From Lama guanicoe (taxonomy: Eukaryota): a DNA stretch of 62,000 nt. Shown in pieces: positions 12,715 through 25,560 of this stretch (positions within the stretch are counted from its first letter, which is position 1; every line of letters starts with the position of its first letter). Under the pieces are notes generated by a model that did no database searches, was not told the origin of the DNA, and was given only the letters and a program-made list of their open reading frames with translations. The stretch covers positions 442,490 through 504,489 of the forward strand of contig MU053379.1 in the NCBI GenBank assembly GCA_013239625.1, read 5' to 3'. The translations under genes and the position numbers were made by a program.

Positions 12715-12915
12715 ACTGGGGAGAACAGGAGCACGAAGGAGGGAGTGCGGCTTGAGGTCATTCTTGGGTCCTAACACCAGTTCTGACACCAATTAACCAT
12801 GTTTCCCTGAACAAACCAATTTATCTCCCAGCCTTCAGTTTCCTTAACTATACAGTGAGGAGTGTAGACAGGTTAGTCTCCAAAATGCCCCTTAGGGGGC
12901 CTTGATATCTGAGAT
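12715..12915 (+). mobile_element. MIR/MIR3
   Basis: ccagttctgacaccaattaacc...cttcagtttccttaactataca. Confidence 0.65.
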
Positions 12916-13359
12916 TCCAGAAGCAAGCCTGAAGTCCCTCCAACTGGCTAATGTGAAAACCAGAACTAAAATCCACATTTTCCACTATTTTGTGATCCTT
13001 CCTTTAAATATCTCTATTTTCGTCTGAGCAATGGGGATTTTCTTTAAATCAATAAAGTGGAAGAACTACCATTTATGTTAGCATCCCCATCTTTTACAAT
13101 AGAATTTCACATTGTGTCTTGTTTGAGTCAGTTCACCAGAGCCGTAAAATTCCACTTCTTGCCTCAAGGGAAACGCTAGGTGATAAGGTAGAGGGTTTTC
13201 ATCTACTTCAGAGATAACAGGTTCTCTATATCGTTTTATAAATTGGGATTTCATTTGGCAAGGTGGGTGTGAAGAAGAGGAGTTATTCCAACTAATGAAA
13301 AAATTCTGAAAGCCAGTGATTTCTAACTAAGTCCTGTTCTCCACCCAATCAGTGTGTCA

Positions 13360-13755
13360 GACCAGGATCACAAACACAACACTCAGAGGCGCCAGGCAAA
13401 TAAGTTACCAGCTGAGGTGGGTCGGGCGTAAGCAATGCTGTAATTCAAGCAAGAGGACAAATGACAACGTTTTCTTCTGCCTCGAGGTGGGGAATGCAAC
13501 AGGGAGTGGTAGGGACTCTGGAGAACCAGAGAAGACAGACTTGTCAAAAGGAGGAAGCAGAACTTCCTCCTCAAATGACGTGGTTGCCGGGTATCATAAT
13601 TTTCCAAGAAAATACCAACCTTTGGACAAAATCTTTGTGCTCCTTAAAAATATTAGTGACTAAATCGAACAAAACTTCTTAACACCTGAGAACACTAAAG
13701 AAAATACGTCTACAGAACAAATTTGTCCATGGGATGCCATTCTGCAATCCCTCCT
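13360..13755. mobile_element. hAT-Charlie MITE (MER102-like)
   Basis: Ends resemble MER102: caggatcacaaac...gccaggcaaataag and aaaatacgtctacagaacaaatttgtccatgggatgccattctgcaatccc. Confidence 0.55.
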
Positions 13756-13934
13756 CTTCAACCACCCAAAGCAGGATGACTCAGCACCTGGCAAGACACC
13801 TCTATGACTAGCCCCTGGCTTCACAGTTTGCAAAGGTGGTCCACATAAAAGGACTACCTTAAGGCAATCCCAAAGCTACCACCTTAAAACCTTGGAACAC
13901 TATCCAGTTTCTGCTTTCCGGGGCCAAATGATTC

Positions 13935-14560
13935 TACCACGTGAGAACCCTTCACACATTCGAAGATAGTTATCATGCCACCTAGACCTTCTTCAGAGTA
14001 AACTTTCCTGGTTCTTTCAGGTATTTTAGTTGAATGTGGTGCTTATTTTAACTGCTGTCCTCCTCACACATCTCTGAACACTGTCTGAGGACCAAATGCA
14101 CGATCCGGCTACATTCTGGTGATTTGAGTAGCACCAGAGTCTCACTTTTCAGGTCTTGAAAGTTGTTCTTCTATGAACACACCATAGGGTCACTCTAGCT
14201 TCCTCTGGAGGTCATAGATCTTATTGCTGACTAATGATGACCCTAAAACTAGTCAAAACTTCTAGTTTCTTCCTAAATATGCTGCAAAACAATCCATCCT
14301 TGGAAGATTGGGAGATTGGTCCTAAAGCAAGGACTTGGGTTTAATTTTTGAACTTACTGTCTTGCTAGAGTTTATTATGACCTGTCAAGATTTTGTTGGA
14401 TCCTGATTCCATCTCCTTCTTAACTTCCTGTCATCACTGATTTTGATCAATATCAATATCCTGTACCAGTTCTTAATAAAAATGTTGAATAGAGCAAAAA
14501 AAAAAAATGACAAAGCTCCAAACCCTTTGTCAAGGATGATATAAATCTATTAATATAGAT
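13935..14560 (-). mobile_element. L3/CR1 LINE fossil
   Basis: CR1-like antisense motifs: gaagatagttatcatgcc, cttcttcagagtaaac...ttctttcag, ataaaaatgttgaatagagc. Confidence 0.65.
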
Positions 14561-15549
14561 TCTAAGGAGTATCTCACACTGACCCAAAATTGACAGGAAA
14601 TTATAAAGTACCCAAAGCCCCAAAAACATAATTCAGGTTAAATGAAGAACAGTGTCTCGCCAGGGAGGCTATTTGAAGACTGGGTTTATATAGCTTAACT
14701 CCGTCACTCTGAATCTAGTTGATTTGTTTGTGTACACTGCTGTCTGAGCAATCAGGTTTTTCTGCCATGGAGCAGTCTAATTCAGCCATTCACATGACCA
14801 AAATCACCAGACCAACCAGTTTTCAGTCTGGTCTTTAGAGGTAATTTGAATTCAGTTGATAATTTGTCCACACATCTGCAACTGGTTGATGTTTAATCAT
14901 GAAAAATTTTAATCAAAGAACCAGAATCAATGAGTAATCATCAACACTAATCATGAGAGTACCAGGTGGCACTCAAGTGTGAACCAAATCAAGTTTTTCT
15001 GAAACTTAATAAGGTGATTCCTTTTTAATGAGTAAGTCATCTCAGAAATAGACTAATTCAGGTGAGGAATCCTCCATTCCTATTCTCCATGGCTGAAATA
15101 TATTATTTGACTTCTCTCAGCACTCAAGAAAATTTCTCTACCATCTATTCACGTGACATGGGCAAGTCACTTAACCTTCACTAATTACCTCTATTTTACC
15201 ATCAGTATCATTAAATAACAATGGCAGTCCAAATGTCTGAAATAAATTACCTTAATTTTCATCTCTGTCATGGAATCACAGTTTCTACAAATAATGCCTA
15301 AGATTTCAAGGTTGTAAGAGTGACTTCATTTTTGAAAGTATACATTATAACTTTTGTCAGAGCAGAAAAGGTGACAGTATCATCTACTTCTTTTGCATTA
15401 TCTCCCACTTAATTTTCTGCTTAATCTCTGTGCCTGCCTCTACTCCATGAAAACCCTTCTTGTGAATTAAAACAGTATTCTTCACACAGTATTACATTGA
15501 GGGTCCTTACATTTTCTACAAGAATTTTGTGAATAATAAAAATATTAAT

Positions 15550-15950
15550 AAGATAAGCTAGATTATGTTGCATTAATAAATTAACTCCCAAGTCCCATTG
15601 GTTTGATATACAAATGTGTACTGTTCACTCATGCTACTTGACCAGCATGGGTCTGTGGGGGCTCTATTAACACAATCTTTCAGTAATATTTCAACCGCTG
15701 TTGAATATTCCACCATCTTGAGATGCCACCATCCTGACATGGCTTCCAAGGCACTAGAAGAAAAGGGGAAAAGGAAACATGATGAGTTCAACTCACTCTT
15801 AAATGCCTTATTTTGAAAATAACACACATCACTTCTTCTCATCCATTGGCCAGAAAGAGATACAATGCATGACTCAATGTGAAGAAGCTGAGAAGTCTAG
15901 CACTCCCATGTGCTCGGGAAGGAGAGACAAACTGGCTATGAGGAATAGCA
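15550..15950 (-). mobile_element. MaLR LTR (MLT1J/K-like)
   Basis: gataagctagattatgttgca...catcacttcttctcatccattggccaga...ccatgtgctcgggaagg. Confidence 0.75.
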
Positions 15951-16189
15951 GAAGGCCCTTATACAGTGTGTTTTTTAATTCCATAATAAAAATATGAATA
16001 AAAGCACATTCTAATCTTATGGGTGATTCCTTGGGACTGAGGATTTTCTATAAGCTCAGCACTCATGTCTATAAGTGTATTGTCAGTAGTTACTGCTATG
16101 CAATCTCTGCCTAACGAGAAAGGATGGGGCATTTGTGTCAAACTGGGGAACTTGAATTTTGCTAAGATGTCTGGAACATCTCCCATGTC

Positions 16190-16686
16190 ATGTGTGCTCT
16201 TCTACAATGTGACCCGGTCCCTCCTCTATCGAAAAGTAGAGTCTATTTCTCCGTCCCTTGAATCTGAGCAGGCTTGTGACTTTTTGTGCAGTAGAATGTG
16301 GTAGGAGTGATGCTGTGCCAATTCTTGGTATATCCCTTAGCTGACCAGTAGCTTCCACTCTTAACTCTTGGAACCCAACGTAGAAAATGTGACTACCCTG
16401 AAAACACCTTGCTATTAGAAGGTCAAGCCAGTTGGAGAGGCCAATATGCCACAATGAGAGAGAGAAATGCCAAAGTGCACCCAGATACCAAACGCGCGAA
16501 TGAAGACGCCATCTTAGAAGTAGATCTTTCAGCCCCAGTAGCCACTCCACTGGCTGCTTCCTGGAGACAAACCACCCAGCCATGTCTCTTCTGAATTTCT
16601 GACCCACGAAATCTTGAGCCAAATAAAAATAGTTGATTCAAGGCACTAACTTTTAGAGTAGTTTATTGTGCAGCAATGGATAATCA
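16190..16686 (+). mobile_element. MaLR LTR (MLT1 family)
   Basis: cccttgaatctgagcaggcttgtgact...gaatttctgacccacgaaatc...ttattgtgcagcaatggataa. Confidence 0.85.
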
Positions 16687-17187
16687 ATTTTCCCACCATT
16701 GAGATGGGGATGAAAGGTGGAGAATTGAATCAGGAGTGGAGCATGCTGCAATGCACAGACAGGCTGATCACTGAGACACTACACCCCGGTTGCCTATAGC
16801 ATATCTGCAAGGCCTTTTAGTCAGGGTTATTTCTTCAGATATTACTATATTTGTGATGCTGTCTATATTTAACTTGTAAACTTGCCTTAGTTTTGTGTGT
16901 ATATTGGAGGTATAAGCATTAGGGGTTGCTACCAAATTTTATCTTGTGCATATTTTAAGTACCATCTCAAGATTGGGAAGCCAAAGGAAAATGATTTTCC
17001 TTATAGAAGAGTCCAGTCCTTGTTCAGGTTTATTCAAGTGTAAGAAATTAATGAATTTGAATAAGATCTGAAAGAGGTGGGTTTCTCCAAAGCATGAACT
17101 TTGGTGTGAGACAAAAGCAAAATGGCCCTTTGAGGGCAGAGACGTCAGTAGGTACCACGTGAGAGGCCACACAAGAAGCTACACGTG

Positions 17188-17415
17188 TGGTGGGAAGAGT
17201 GTTGAAGGAAGAATCAGGAGCGGTGAATTCTAATCACAGCTCCTGTCTTTCATGGTCGGTGTGGGTTACAGAAAACCACTTCGCTTTTATGGTCCTCAGT
17301 CCCCCATCTGTGACATGATGAGTGACATCGACTCTGCTCATTTCATGGTGTTACTGTGGCAATCATATAAGATGATTGACAAAAGGTTTCTGAGAACTGT
17401 GAGGTGTTGTTATTG
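17188..17415 (+). mobile_element. MIR
   Basis: cctcagtccccatctgtgacatg core. Confidence 0.65.
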
Positions 17416-17679
17416 TTCACAGAGATTCAGGGCAGCATTTTAAGTTTCATGCCAAAAAATCTAAAAATAACCTGATAAAAAATGTGTAGGAAGTGAATTT
17501 AAAAGAACCTCAAAATTATTTTTTAAAATGCAAACCGTGCCTTATCAAGTAGCAAATTACATTGGATTTCAATTTTCTCTGAAGTACGAGGGAACTTGCC
17601 GTCTGCTAGGACACTTGGTCTGGAAAAAGAGGATGAATCCTGACCTCTCGCTACTCTCCGAGTTCCTGTAACCTCCTAG

Positions 17680-17900
17680 TCTGGAGTGTAGACTTGTTTA
17701 TGAGCTTTGGTAGATTCAGATTTTAATCTCATGTCCACCATTTAATTTTCCAAGTGCATAAATTTACATAAGTTATTTATCTTCTAGTAACCTCATCTAT
17801 GAAATGTGATTAATATTAATAGCACCTATCCCAAGGGTTGATGGGAGCATTAAATGAGATAATGCTAAGGTCGGCGATCAAAAGAGGATAGCCATGATTA
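17680..17900 (+). mobile_element. MIR
   Basis: cctcatctatgaaatgtgat...gggttgatgggagcattaaatgagataatg. Confidence 0.75.
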
Positions 17901-18270
17901 GTAATATTTTATTCTGTAGTGTATAATTACAAAGTGACTGATACCGATTTCTGAAAATTACAGTGAAATTTTATTCACTGTTGTCCTTTAACAATGTTAC
18001 ACATATGTCATGAACACATCACGTTTAGTTGAGTAGGTGATTTTATTTTCACTGCAATCTTGCCAAAATAATACCATTTTTAAAATTAAATTCAAGATTT
18101 AACATTAAAGTGGCAATCTTCTGCCCCACCTCTTCCAAGTCCTAGCCTCTCAGAGGCATTATCCATCAATACTGTAACTGCTCCTCGGGTGAACTGCACA
18201 TTTTAAAATAATATATGTATGCCGAAATGTGCTGGCTTTTTCATTTCAAATGTAGTCTACTGGCTTTCGT

Positions 18271-19948
18271 CTTTTAAATATATATGTATAATTTTGTTGA
18301 CATAAAATCAGTTTACAATGTTGTGTCAATTTCTGGTGTACAACAAAATGCTTCGGTCGTATGTGAACATACATATTCCTGTTTTCATATTCTTTTTCAT
18401 CATAAGTTACAAGATATTGAATATAGTTTCCTGTGCTATACAATATAAACTTGTTGTTTATCTATTTTATATATAGTGGTTAGTATCTGCGAATCTCAAA
18501 CTCCTGATTTATCCCTTCTTTCCTCCTTCCCCACCCTGGTAACCATAAGTTTGTTTTCTATGTCTGTAAGCCTGTTTCTGTTTTGTAAATAAGTTCGTCT
18601 GGCTTTTTTTTTTTTTTTAGATTCCACGTATGAGTTATATCTTATGGTATTTTTCTTTCTCTTTCTGACTTACTTCACTTAGAATGACAATCTCCAGGTC
18701 CATCCATATTGCTGCAAATGGCATTTTTCTTTTTATGACTGAGTAGTATTTTGTTTTATAAATATACCATGGTTTCTTTATCCAATCATCTGTTGATGGA
18801 CATTAAGGTTGCCTCCATGTCTTGGCTATTGTATATAGTGCTGCTATGAACATTGGGGTGCATGTATCTTTTCACATTAGAATTCCCTCTCGATATATAC
18901 TCAGAAGTGGGATTGCTGGATCATATGATAAGTCTGTTTTTAGACTTTTGAGGAATATCCATATTGTTTTCCATAATGGCTGCACCAAACTGCCTTCCCA
19001 CTAGCAGTGTAGGAGGATTTCCTTTTCTCCACAGCCTCTCCAGCATTTATCATTTGTGGACTTTTTAATGATGGCCATTCTGACTGGTGTGAGGTGTTGA
19101 TACCTCATTGTAGTTTTGATTTGCATTTCTCTGACAATTAGTGATATTGAGCATGTTTTCATGTACCTATTGGCCATTTGTAACTCTTTATTGGAGAATT
19201 GCTTGTTTAGGTCTTCTGCCCATTTTTAGATTGGGTTGCTTGTTTTTTTTGTTATTAAGTTGTATGAGCTGTTTATATATTCTGGAAATTAAGCCTTTGT
19301 CAGTCACATCTTTTGCAAATATTTTCTCCCATTCCATAGGTTGTCTTTTTGTTTTGCTTACGGTTTCCTTTGCTATGCAAAAGCTTGCAAGTTTAATCAG
19401 GTCCCATTTGTTTATTTTTGCTCTTTTTTCTATTGTCTGTGTAGACTGCCTTGGAGAATATTCCTAAGATTTACTTCAGAGAGTGTTTTGCCTATGTTTT
19501 CTTCCAGGAGATTTATCATGTCTTCTCTTATATTTAAGTCTTTGATCCATTTTGAGTTTATTTTTGTGTATGGTCTGAGGGAGTGTTCTAGCTTCATTGA
19601 TTTACATGCTGCTGTCCAGTTTTCCCAACACCACTTGCTGGAGAGACTATATTTTCTCCATTGTATATTCTTGCCTCCTTTGTCAAAGATTAATTGATCA
19701 TAGGTCTCTGGGTTTATTTCTGGGCTCTCTATTCTCTTCCATTAATCCATATGTCTGTTTTTATGCTGATACCACATTGTAGTATTGTCTGAAGTCTGGG
19801 AGGGTTGTTCCTCCAGCTTCATTCTTTTTCTTCAATATTGCCATGGCAATTGTGGATCTTTTGTGATTCCATATAAATTTTAGTATTGTTTGTTCTAGTT
19901 CTGTGAAAAATGTCCTGGGTAATTTGATAGGGATTGCATTAAATCTGT
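18271..19948 (-). mobile_element. Lineage-specific L1, 5'-truncated (3'UTR + ORF2 3' part)
   Basis: Antisense 3'UTR cagtttacaatgttgtgtcaatttctggtgtac..., then well-preserved ORF2 antisense sequence, ending gggattgcattaaatctgt. Confidence 0.95.
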
Positions 19949-19949
19949 T

Positions 19950-21230
19950 ACATTTCTTTTCCTCAGTTTACTCTGTTATTCTGACAGAGACTGTCCCCCA
20001 TAAGACATGATATTTTTAAGACTTTTTTTCTACCTTCAACTTAGTTGATAGTTTGGCTGGTTATAAATTAAGTTGTAAATAAACATCTCTTCAAATTTTG
20101 GAAATGTTGCTCCATTATCTTTGCTTACAATAGTGCCATTGAAAGACCTGATGATTATTCTGATTCCTGCCCTTTTATTTCTCGCCCTCGCCCTCTCTCT
20201 CTCTCTCTCTCTTTCTCTCTTTCTCTCTCATACGGTCTTCTTCTTATTCCTGTGTTCTAAACTTTCACTGTTATATTCCCTAGTGGAGGTTCTTCTCCAC
20301 TCATTGCGGCTGACTCTTGGTGACCCCTTCAGTCTAAAGCTATGTGCCCTTCACTTCTGAGACATTTTCGTGTATTATTATTTTGATAACTTCTTTCCCT
20401 GTACTCTCTTTTCCAGAGACCTATCAGTTAGCTGTTGGCCAAATTATAGGATTGATCTTAAAGTATTCTTATTTTTCCTTGTTTGCTGTCCATATTTTTT
20501 GTGCCTCTTTGTTCCACTTTTTGGAGGAGATTTGGAGAAATCTTTCTTTTTCTTGTTCCTTTATATAGCATCATGCTCATGTTTCATTGGTGTAAATTCT
20601 ATCTTCTGCAGGGTGTTCCTCTTAGTTCATGTAAACTTTTGTTCTACTCCTTGCATTTTTTTTCTTCCCTCTGAATTCACTATTTTATGGTTTTAGTTAG
20701 CATTTATTTGGTTACACTTTTATTTGAGTATTTTCTCAAATGCCTGATTATCCTTAGCTGTCCATTCATTTTTAAAAATTGATTTGAACCTCAATTTGAC
20801 TGAATGAAGAAACAGCCCTTTTAGGGGAAACCCCAAATAACAGCAGGTCTTATCTAATGAGCATGTCAGTTTTCCAAAGAGGAATGCACCCCCATCCAGC
20901 CTGGAGAGAAAAGTCTGGCTGCTTGCACTTTGGGATCTAATCATGAGAAAGGAAGGTTATAGTACAGTGGTGAGACCATTTTAATTAATCTCCACTTTTA
21001 ATATAATACCTATCCCCAACCCTTTGTGTGTTTGTTGTCTCCCATACAGAGACTTCTGGTTCAGGTTCCCAAATAGTAACCTTAATTGCTCTTTGTACCA
21101 GTTTTCCACGCCTTTCCTCACCTTTGATGTAGCTGGTGCCTTTGATTTTTGAGTTTTTCTTGGATGCCACAGTTTAAGTCAGCTCACAGCTCATTGGCTT
21201 CTCCCTTGATGTGTACTTACATTCCAGCTT
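19950..21230 (-). mobile_element. Very old L1M/HAL1-like ORF1-region fossil
   Basis: gatagtttggctggttataa...gttgctccattatct motif; T-rich and degenerate. Contains a (CT)n tract near 20190-20230. Confidence 0.55.
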
Positions 21231-21251
21231 CCCAGTTCAGCTAAACCAGTT

Positions 21252-21615
21252 TTTTTGTTGTTGTTGTTATGTGATAAATAACCCATTCCATGAAGTCTCC
21301 CACATCAACAAATTCTTTAGCATTCAGCACAGTGTTGTTAGCTATAAACACATCTCTAGAACTTTTTCATCTTGCATGACTTAAACTCTTTACTCATTGA
21401 ACAGCAACTTTCCACTTCTCCCTTCACCAAGTCCCTGACAACCATCATTATACTTTCTGCTTCTATGAGTTTGGCTTCTTCAGAAATCTCATGTAAGTGG
21501 AGTCATGCAGTATTTTCCTTCTGTAATTGGTTTATTTTACTTAGCATAATGTCCTCACAGCTCATCCATTCATCCATGTTGTAACATATGACAGGATTTC
21601 CTTCTTTATTAATAT
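21252..21615 (-). mobile_element. L1MA-like 3' end
   Basis: tctctagaactttttcatcttgcatgact...ctttctgcttctatgagttt...acaggatttccttcttt. Confidence 0.8.
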
Positions 21616-24489
21616 AAGTTGTTTCAAACTTTTCACTACATAAACGACACTGCATGTCCCTTTGTGCACATGAGCAATTGCTCCTTTAGGACTGCCAACA
21701 GAAACGGAATTGATGGGTCAGAGCTGTGCTTTGACCCTGGACTGAAGGTTAGGCTTCATCCCAAAATGATGCTACATAGATACTGGACATGGGTTCTTCA
21801 TGCTTCAGAAGGTGTGGCAGAGTCTTCCTCTTATCCTCAGAGTCACCTAGAGGAAGTTCACTGCTGCCATTATGAATTATGCCTTGTCCCCATTTAATTT
21901 TATCCCACTTTGGGATGGACTCACTTCCCAACTGTAGAGACATTTGATCTCCAATTTTCCAAGTATCAGTGGTCACCTATTACTGTAGACCAGCAGGCTC
22001 AGTGCCACATCTGCTGCACCCTAGCACAGCATGCAATGGAACAGAATAACGAGTTATTAAACTCATAGGGGACTATACCTCAATATCATGGGACATATTT
22101 AATAAGTAGGTGGCTTTGCTCCAGAATTCTTTGGCTAGGAAAATACTCCAGCATCTATTAGATATATCTTAATAAATGGAAGATTCTCCTTTTATTTCTC
22201 CCTTCAGGAAGTGATAATGAGGTATACCTAGTGCCAGGTGTTTAAGATCAAAATAATGCCCAAGTAATTAATTTCCACTCCCCATATCTCATCAGGCTTT
22301 CTAGCTGTTCAAATAAGTATATTTGCAAGTAAAGTATAGCAAATGATAAGCTCCCACATCGATAGTTTGAGGACCCTGTGTCTCCTGCAAAAATAAATTA
22401 TTCTGGTTTGCTTTTCAGTAACCTCACTGGTTTATTCCCCTCTACGCAGTGCACTTTAACTTGCTCAACAGCAAGCAAGTGATATAAATACAACTTGGAA
22501 TCAAATCTGATACTCTGTCATCTTTGCCTTCTCCCTCTTTTCCCTGGAGACTTCCTTTATATCTTTTTAAAAAATATTTTAGTTGAATGCAAGGTGGATC
22601 TGGTAAAGTTCAACATCAAGTCTCTCTATTTGGGTCAAACTGGGTGTGGTAATGCTCCTTCTCAGTTGATTTACCACCCATGTTGACTACCTGTCTATTA
22701 GGCAGATACTGGAGGAACCTCTTTATCCTCCTAACTGAAATGAAATTAGAATTCTCCCATACCTGCAAGGGCCCCTCACCTAGTTTCAACCCTCCTGAAC
22801 CTCCCTTCTTATCTGAACACTTCTCCTGTCCCTGATTAAGAGTGGAGGCCAGAAGGAAAGCCAATGAACTTTGAAGTCAGGTGCTTCTGTCCTCTTGGGG
22901 GCAACCCTCAGTAAAGACAGGATCCCAAATTTGGGTGCTTTTCAAAACTAGTTCCAACCTTTGCTATGATACCGGCATTCCCAAGATGATGCTGAGAATG
23001 TCTCAAAAGACCTCTCACCCACTTTTTCTACCCGATCAGGGCGGTTAGTCTAGGCATGTAAGTGACCATATGCAATGGTTTTTCTTTATTCTAATTAATC
23101 TGCCCCCTTAGAGCTGGAATGTCTTGTTATCTTCAGACAGCCTCTTATCACATATTCGTCTTTATATTGGCTGCTCCCTGTTGGTGGCTGTGAATCTCCA
23201 TGCATGCTGTATCTGTTAGCCAAGCAATTGCAGCAAGCAGGATATTTAGGCATTTAAGGATATTTTTCTTGTAGGAATGAGGATGTCTCTGAACCCCTGG
23301 ACATTGCCCTGCCTCTCTCACCTGACTCCCACGTGTACTGCTTCTGCGTGTGAACAAAGGCTTTCTCTGGGAATTGCAGGACAACGCTCTGTTATCTGAC
23401 CTGGTTATTGTTACTATGATGCCCCAATAAACCACTTGACAACTGCCCTTGGATACCACCCTAATCTTATATCGATTTGCAGACTTTGAGCTTTCAAGGG
23501 CCATGTACACCGCCCATAACAGTACTCTCCTGCTTAATAATATTCTCTATTACTGTGACTTTGTCTTTCAGAAATTTCTCATGGTATTTATTCTACCAAG
23601 GGGATTCTGTCTTGTTTTCCAATGCAGTTAAGGGTTTTAAAAAGATCTATCGATCTACCTATCATCCTGTAATATCCAAGGATTTGAAGGAGAGGGAGGC
23701 GGTTGGGAGTGGCTCTCCCTGTGCTATTTGTGCCAATTCCTATGTAACTTTAAATATGGAACATCCGTTTCTTTTATTGGCTGTGCTTGCTTTTGACCCA
23801 AATATAATCTTTAGCTTATGGCAAGCTTACTCAAGGAAAATGAGAGGGAAGCGCACCATTGTTGTGCCAAATACAGGCAAGCTCATGCCAGTGTAATGCC
23901 TCATCCTCGTCTTTTTCATATAGCTCAAGATAAAAAGAAAATCTCCAAAGGAGGCCTAAAGAACAGCCACATTAATTAAAGGAAAGCTTTCTTTTTTGCT
24001 AAGAAGTGCCTAATAACTAATGGACAAGCAAAGGAGACTCATTAGTGGAAATAGTTCCTTTGAAAGGGCATACATGCTGTGAAAAAAGTGTTATGCCAGG
24101 CTCCTTTTTTTTTTTAATGAAGTAAGACCTTTTGTCTTTTTCCTATTTATCACACAGACTGGGGAGAATGAACCTGAGTGAGTCTTGTAGATAAGCTGCC
24201 ATGATTTGATGACTATTCAGATCTCAGGTTACTGATTTCTCCTTGTTCTTAGGGAAGATTTGTCTTCCCTGCACATGGCCTTACCTGAAGGATGGTTAGA
24301 ACTGGGAGTCCCTTTAGGGAGTCAGACCTAAGTGTAGAAACTTAGACCCCATTAGCCCAGTTAACTGATCATCCATTTCCTAATAGCATCATCTATAGGT
24401 CCTGCCCCACTGAGCAACTGGATAGGAACCTGATCCCTTCCCTCAAGATGCTACAGTCAAACAGGAAAGGACAAGGCTACAACAGTTAA

Positions 24490-24528
24490 ATGGATGGATG
24501 GATGGATGGATGGATGGATGGATGGATG
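24490..24528. repeat. (GGAT)n microsatellite
   Basis: About 9 tandem GGAT units read directly. Confidence 0.95.
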
Positions 24529-25374
24529 ATAGATTGATAGAGGTACATAGATAAAGAGACTAGAGAATAATTGAAGACTAAGCTCTGTAGACAGACCTAT
24601 AATGGGAAAAATATTCACAATGGAGCTTAAGATGAGTGAATCCTCAAGGAGGTTTCATGGAGATGTGGAGTATTGTCTAGTATTTGCATGATAAATTGAG
24701 ATCTCATTTGAATCTTACTTTGCCACCCCACTTCCATCATGATGGCTGCACACAGAAACAGCCTTGGAATCTCCAGCAGAAACTGGCCAATTCAATGAGC
24801 ACAATAACTCTGGACCACAAGGAGGGACGCTGATCCTGGACTTCCTCACATTCAGTGTCTATGTGTTAGACCAGGTCTATTGTCTACTTCTCTGTCAAGT
24901 CGGGGGAAGACTTCCATATGATTTCAAGGGTGAGCATTTTTCGACAGGTCCTTAAGGCTTCAGTTTCTTGTGCTGAAGAACTAAGTCAATAGCTATCTCA
25001 TCATGCCAAGGAACGAGGTAGAGAACAATTAGACTTGAGGTGCAAGCCCTTCAAGTTGCTTACTCCCATCTCAATCGAATTAGCAGCCACACCTAGACAA
25101 GGATCAGCAGGCAGAGAAATCACTAATCTACCTCGCTTTTACTCAAGCTTCTCTTTATAGGCATAGATGAACACAATGAACCTCAGAGAAATTTTGTGAC
25201 TTTCCTGAGATAACGCAGTTGCCACTGCTGGTGCCACGGCTGGAACCCCATCTCCCATCTCCAGGGTGTAGGGCTCCACTGGTAGTCCTGGCTGATACTT
25301 AGATCTCTGGCACACATCCATGTAGCATCTAGGTAGCCTGCCTCTCTTGGCCATCCCCACACCATCACCATCTC

Positions 25375-25560
25375 AACGGAGCTGAGTATTTACAAAGCTC
25401 TTCATTCCCCCAGCACTGTGTGAGATGAGCCAGAAGGTATCATTGTCCCCACTTTGGGAATATTATTCCCACTAGACAGAGAGACTGAGGTTTATGGAAC
25501 TAACAAGTCAGAGTGAGGATAACACCCAGGTCTTCAGTGGTACCAATGTTGGCCTCTGAC
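25375..25560 (-). mobile_element. MIR
   Basis: tattattcccactagacagagagactgagg core. Confidence 0.6.

Noticed and set aside
18822..19782. Cluster of + strand ORFs with hydrophobic peptides (likewise 41382-41774 and 45502-45882)
   Set aside because: These are antisense readings of L1 sequence, not genes.
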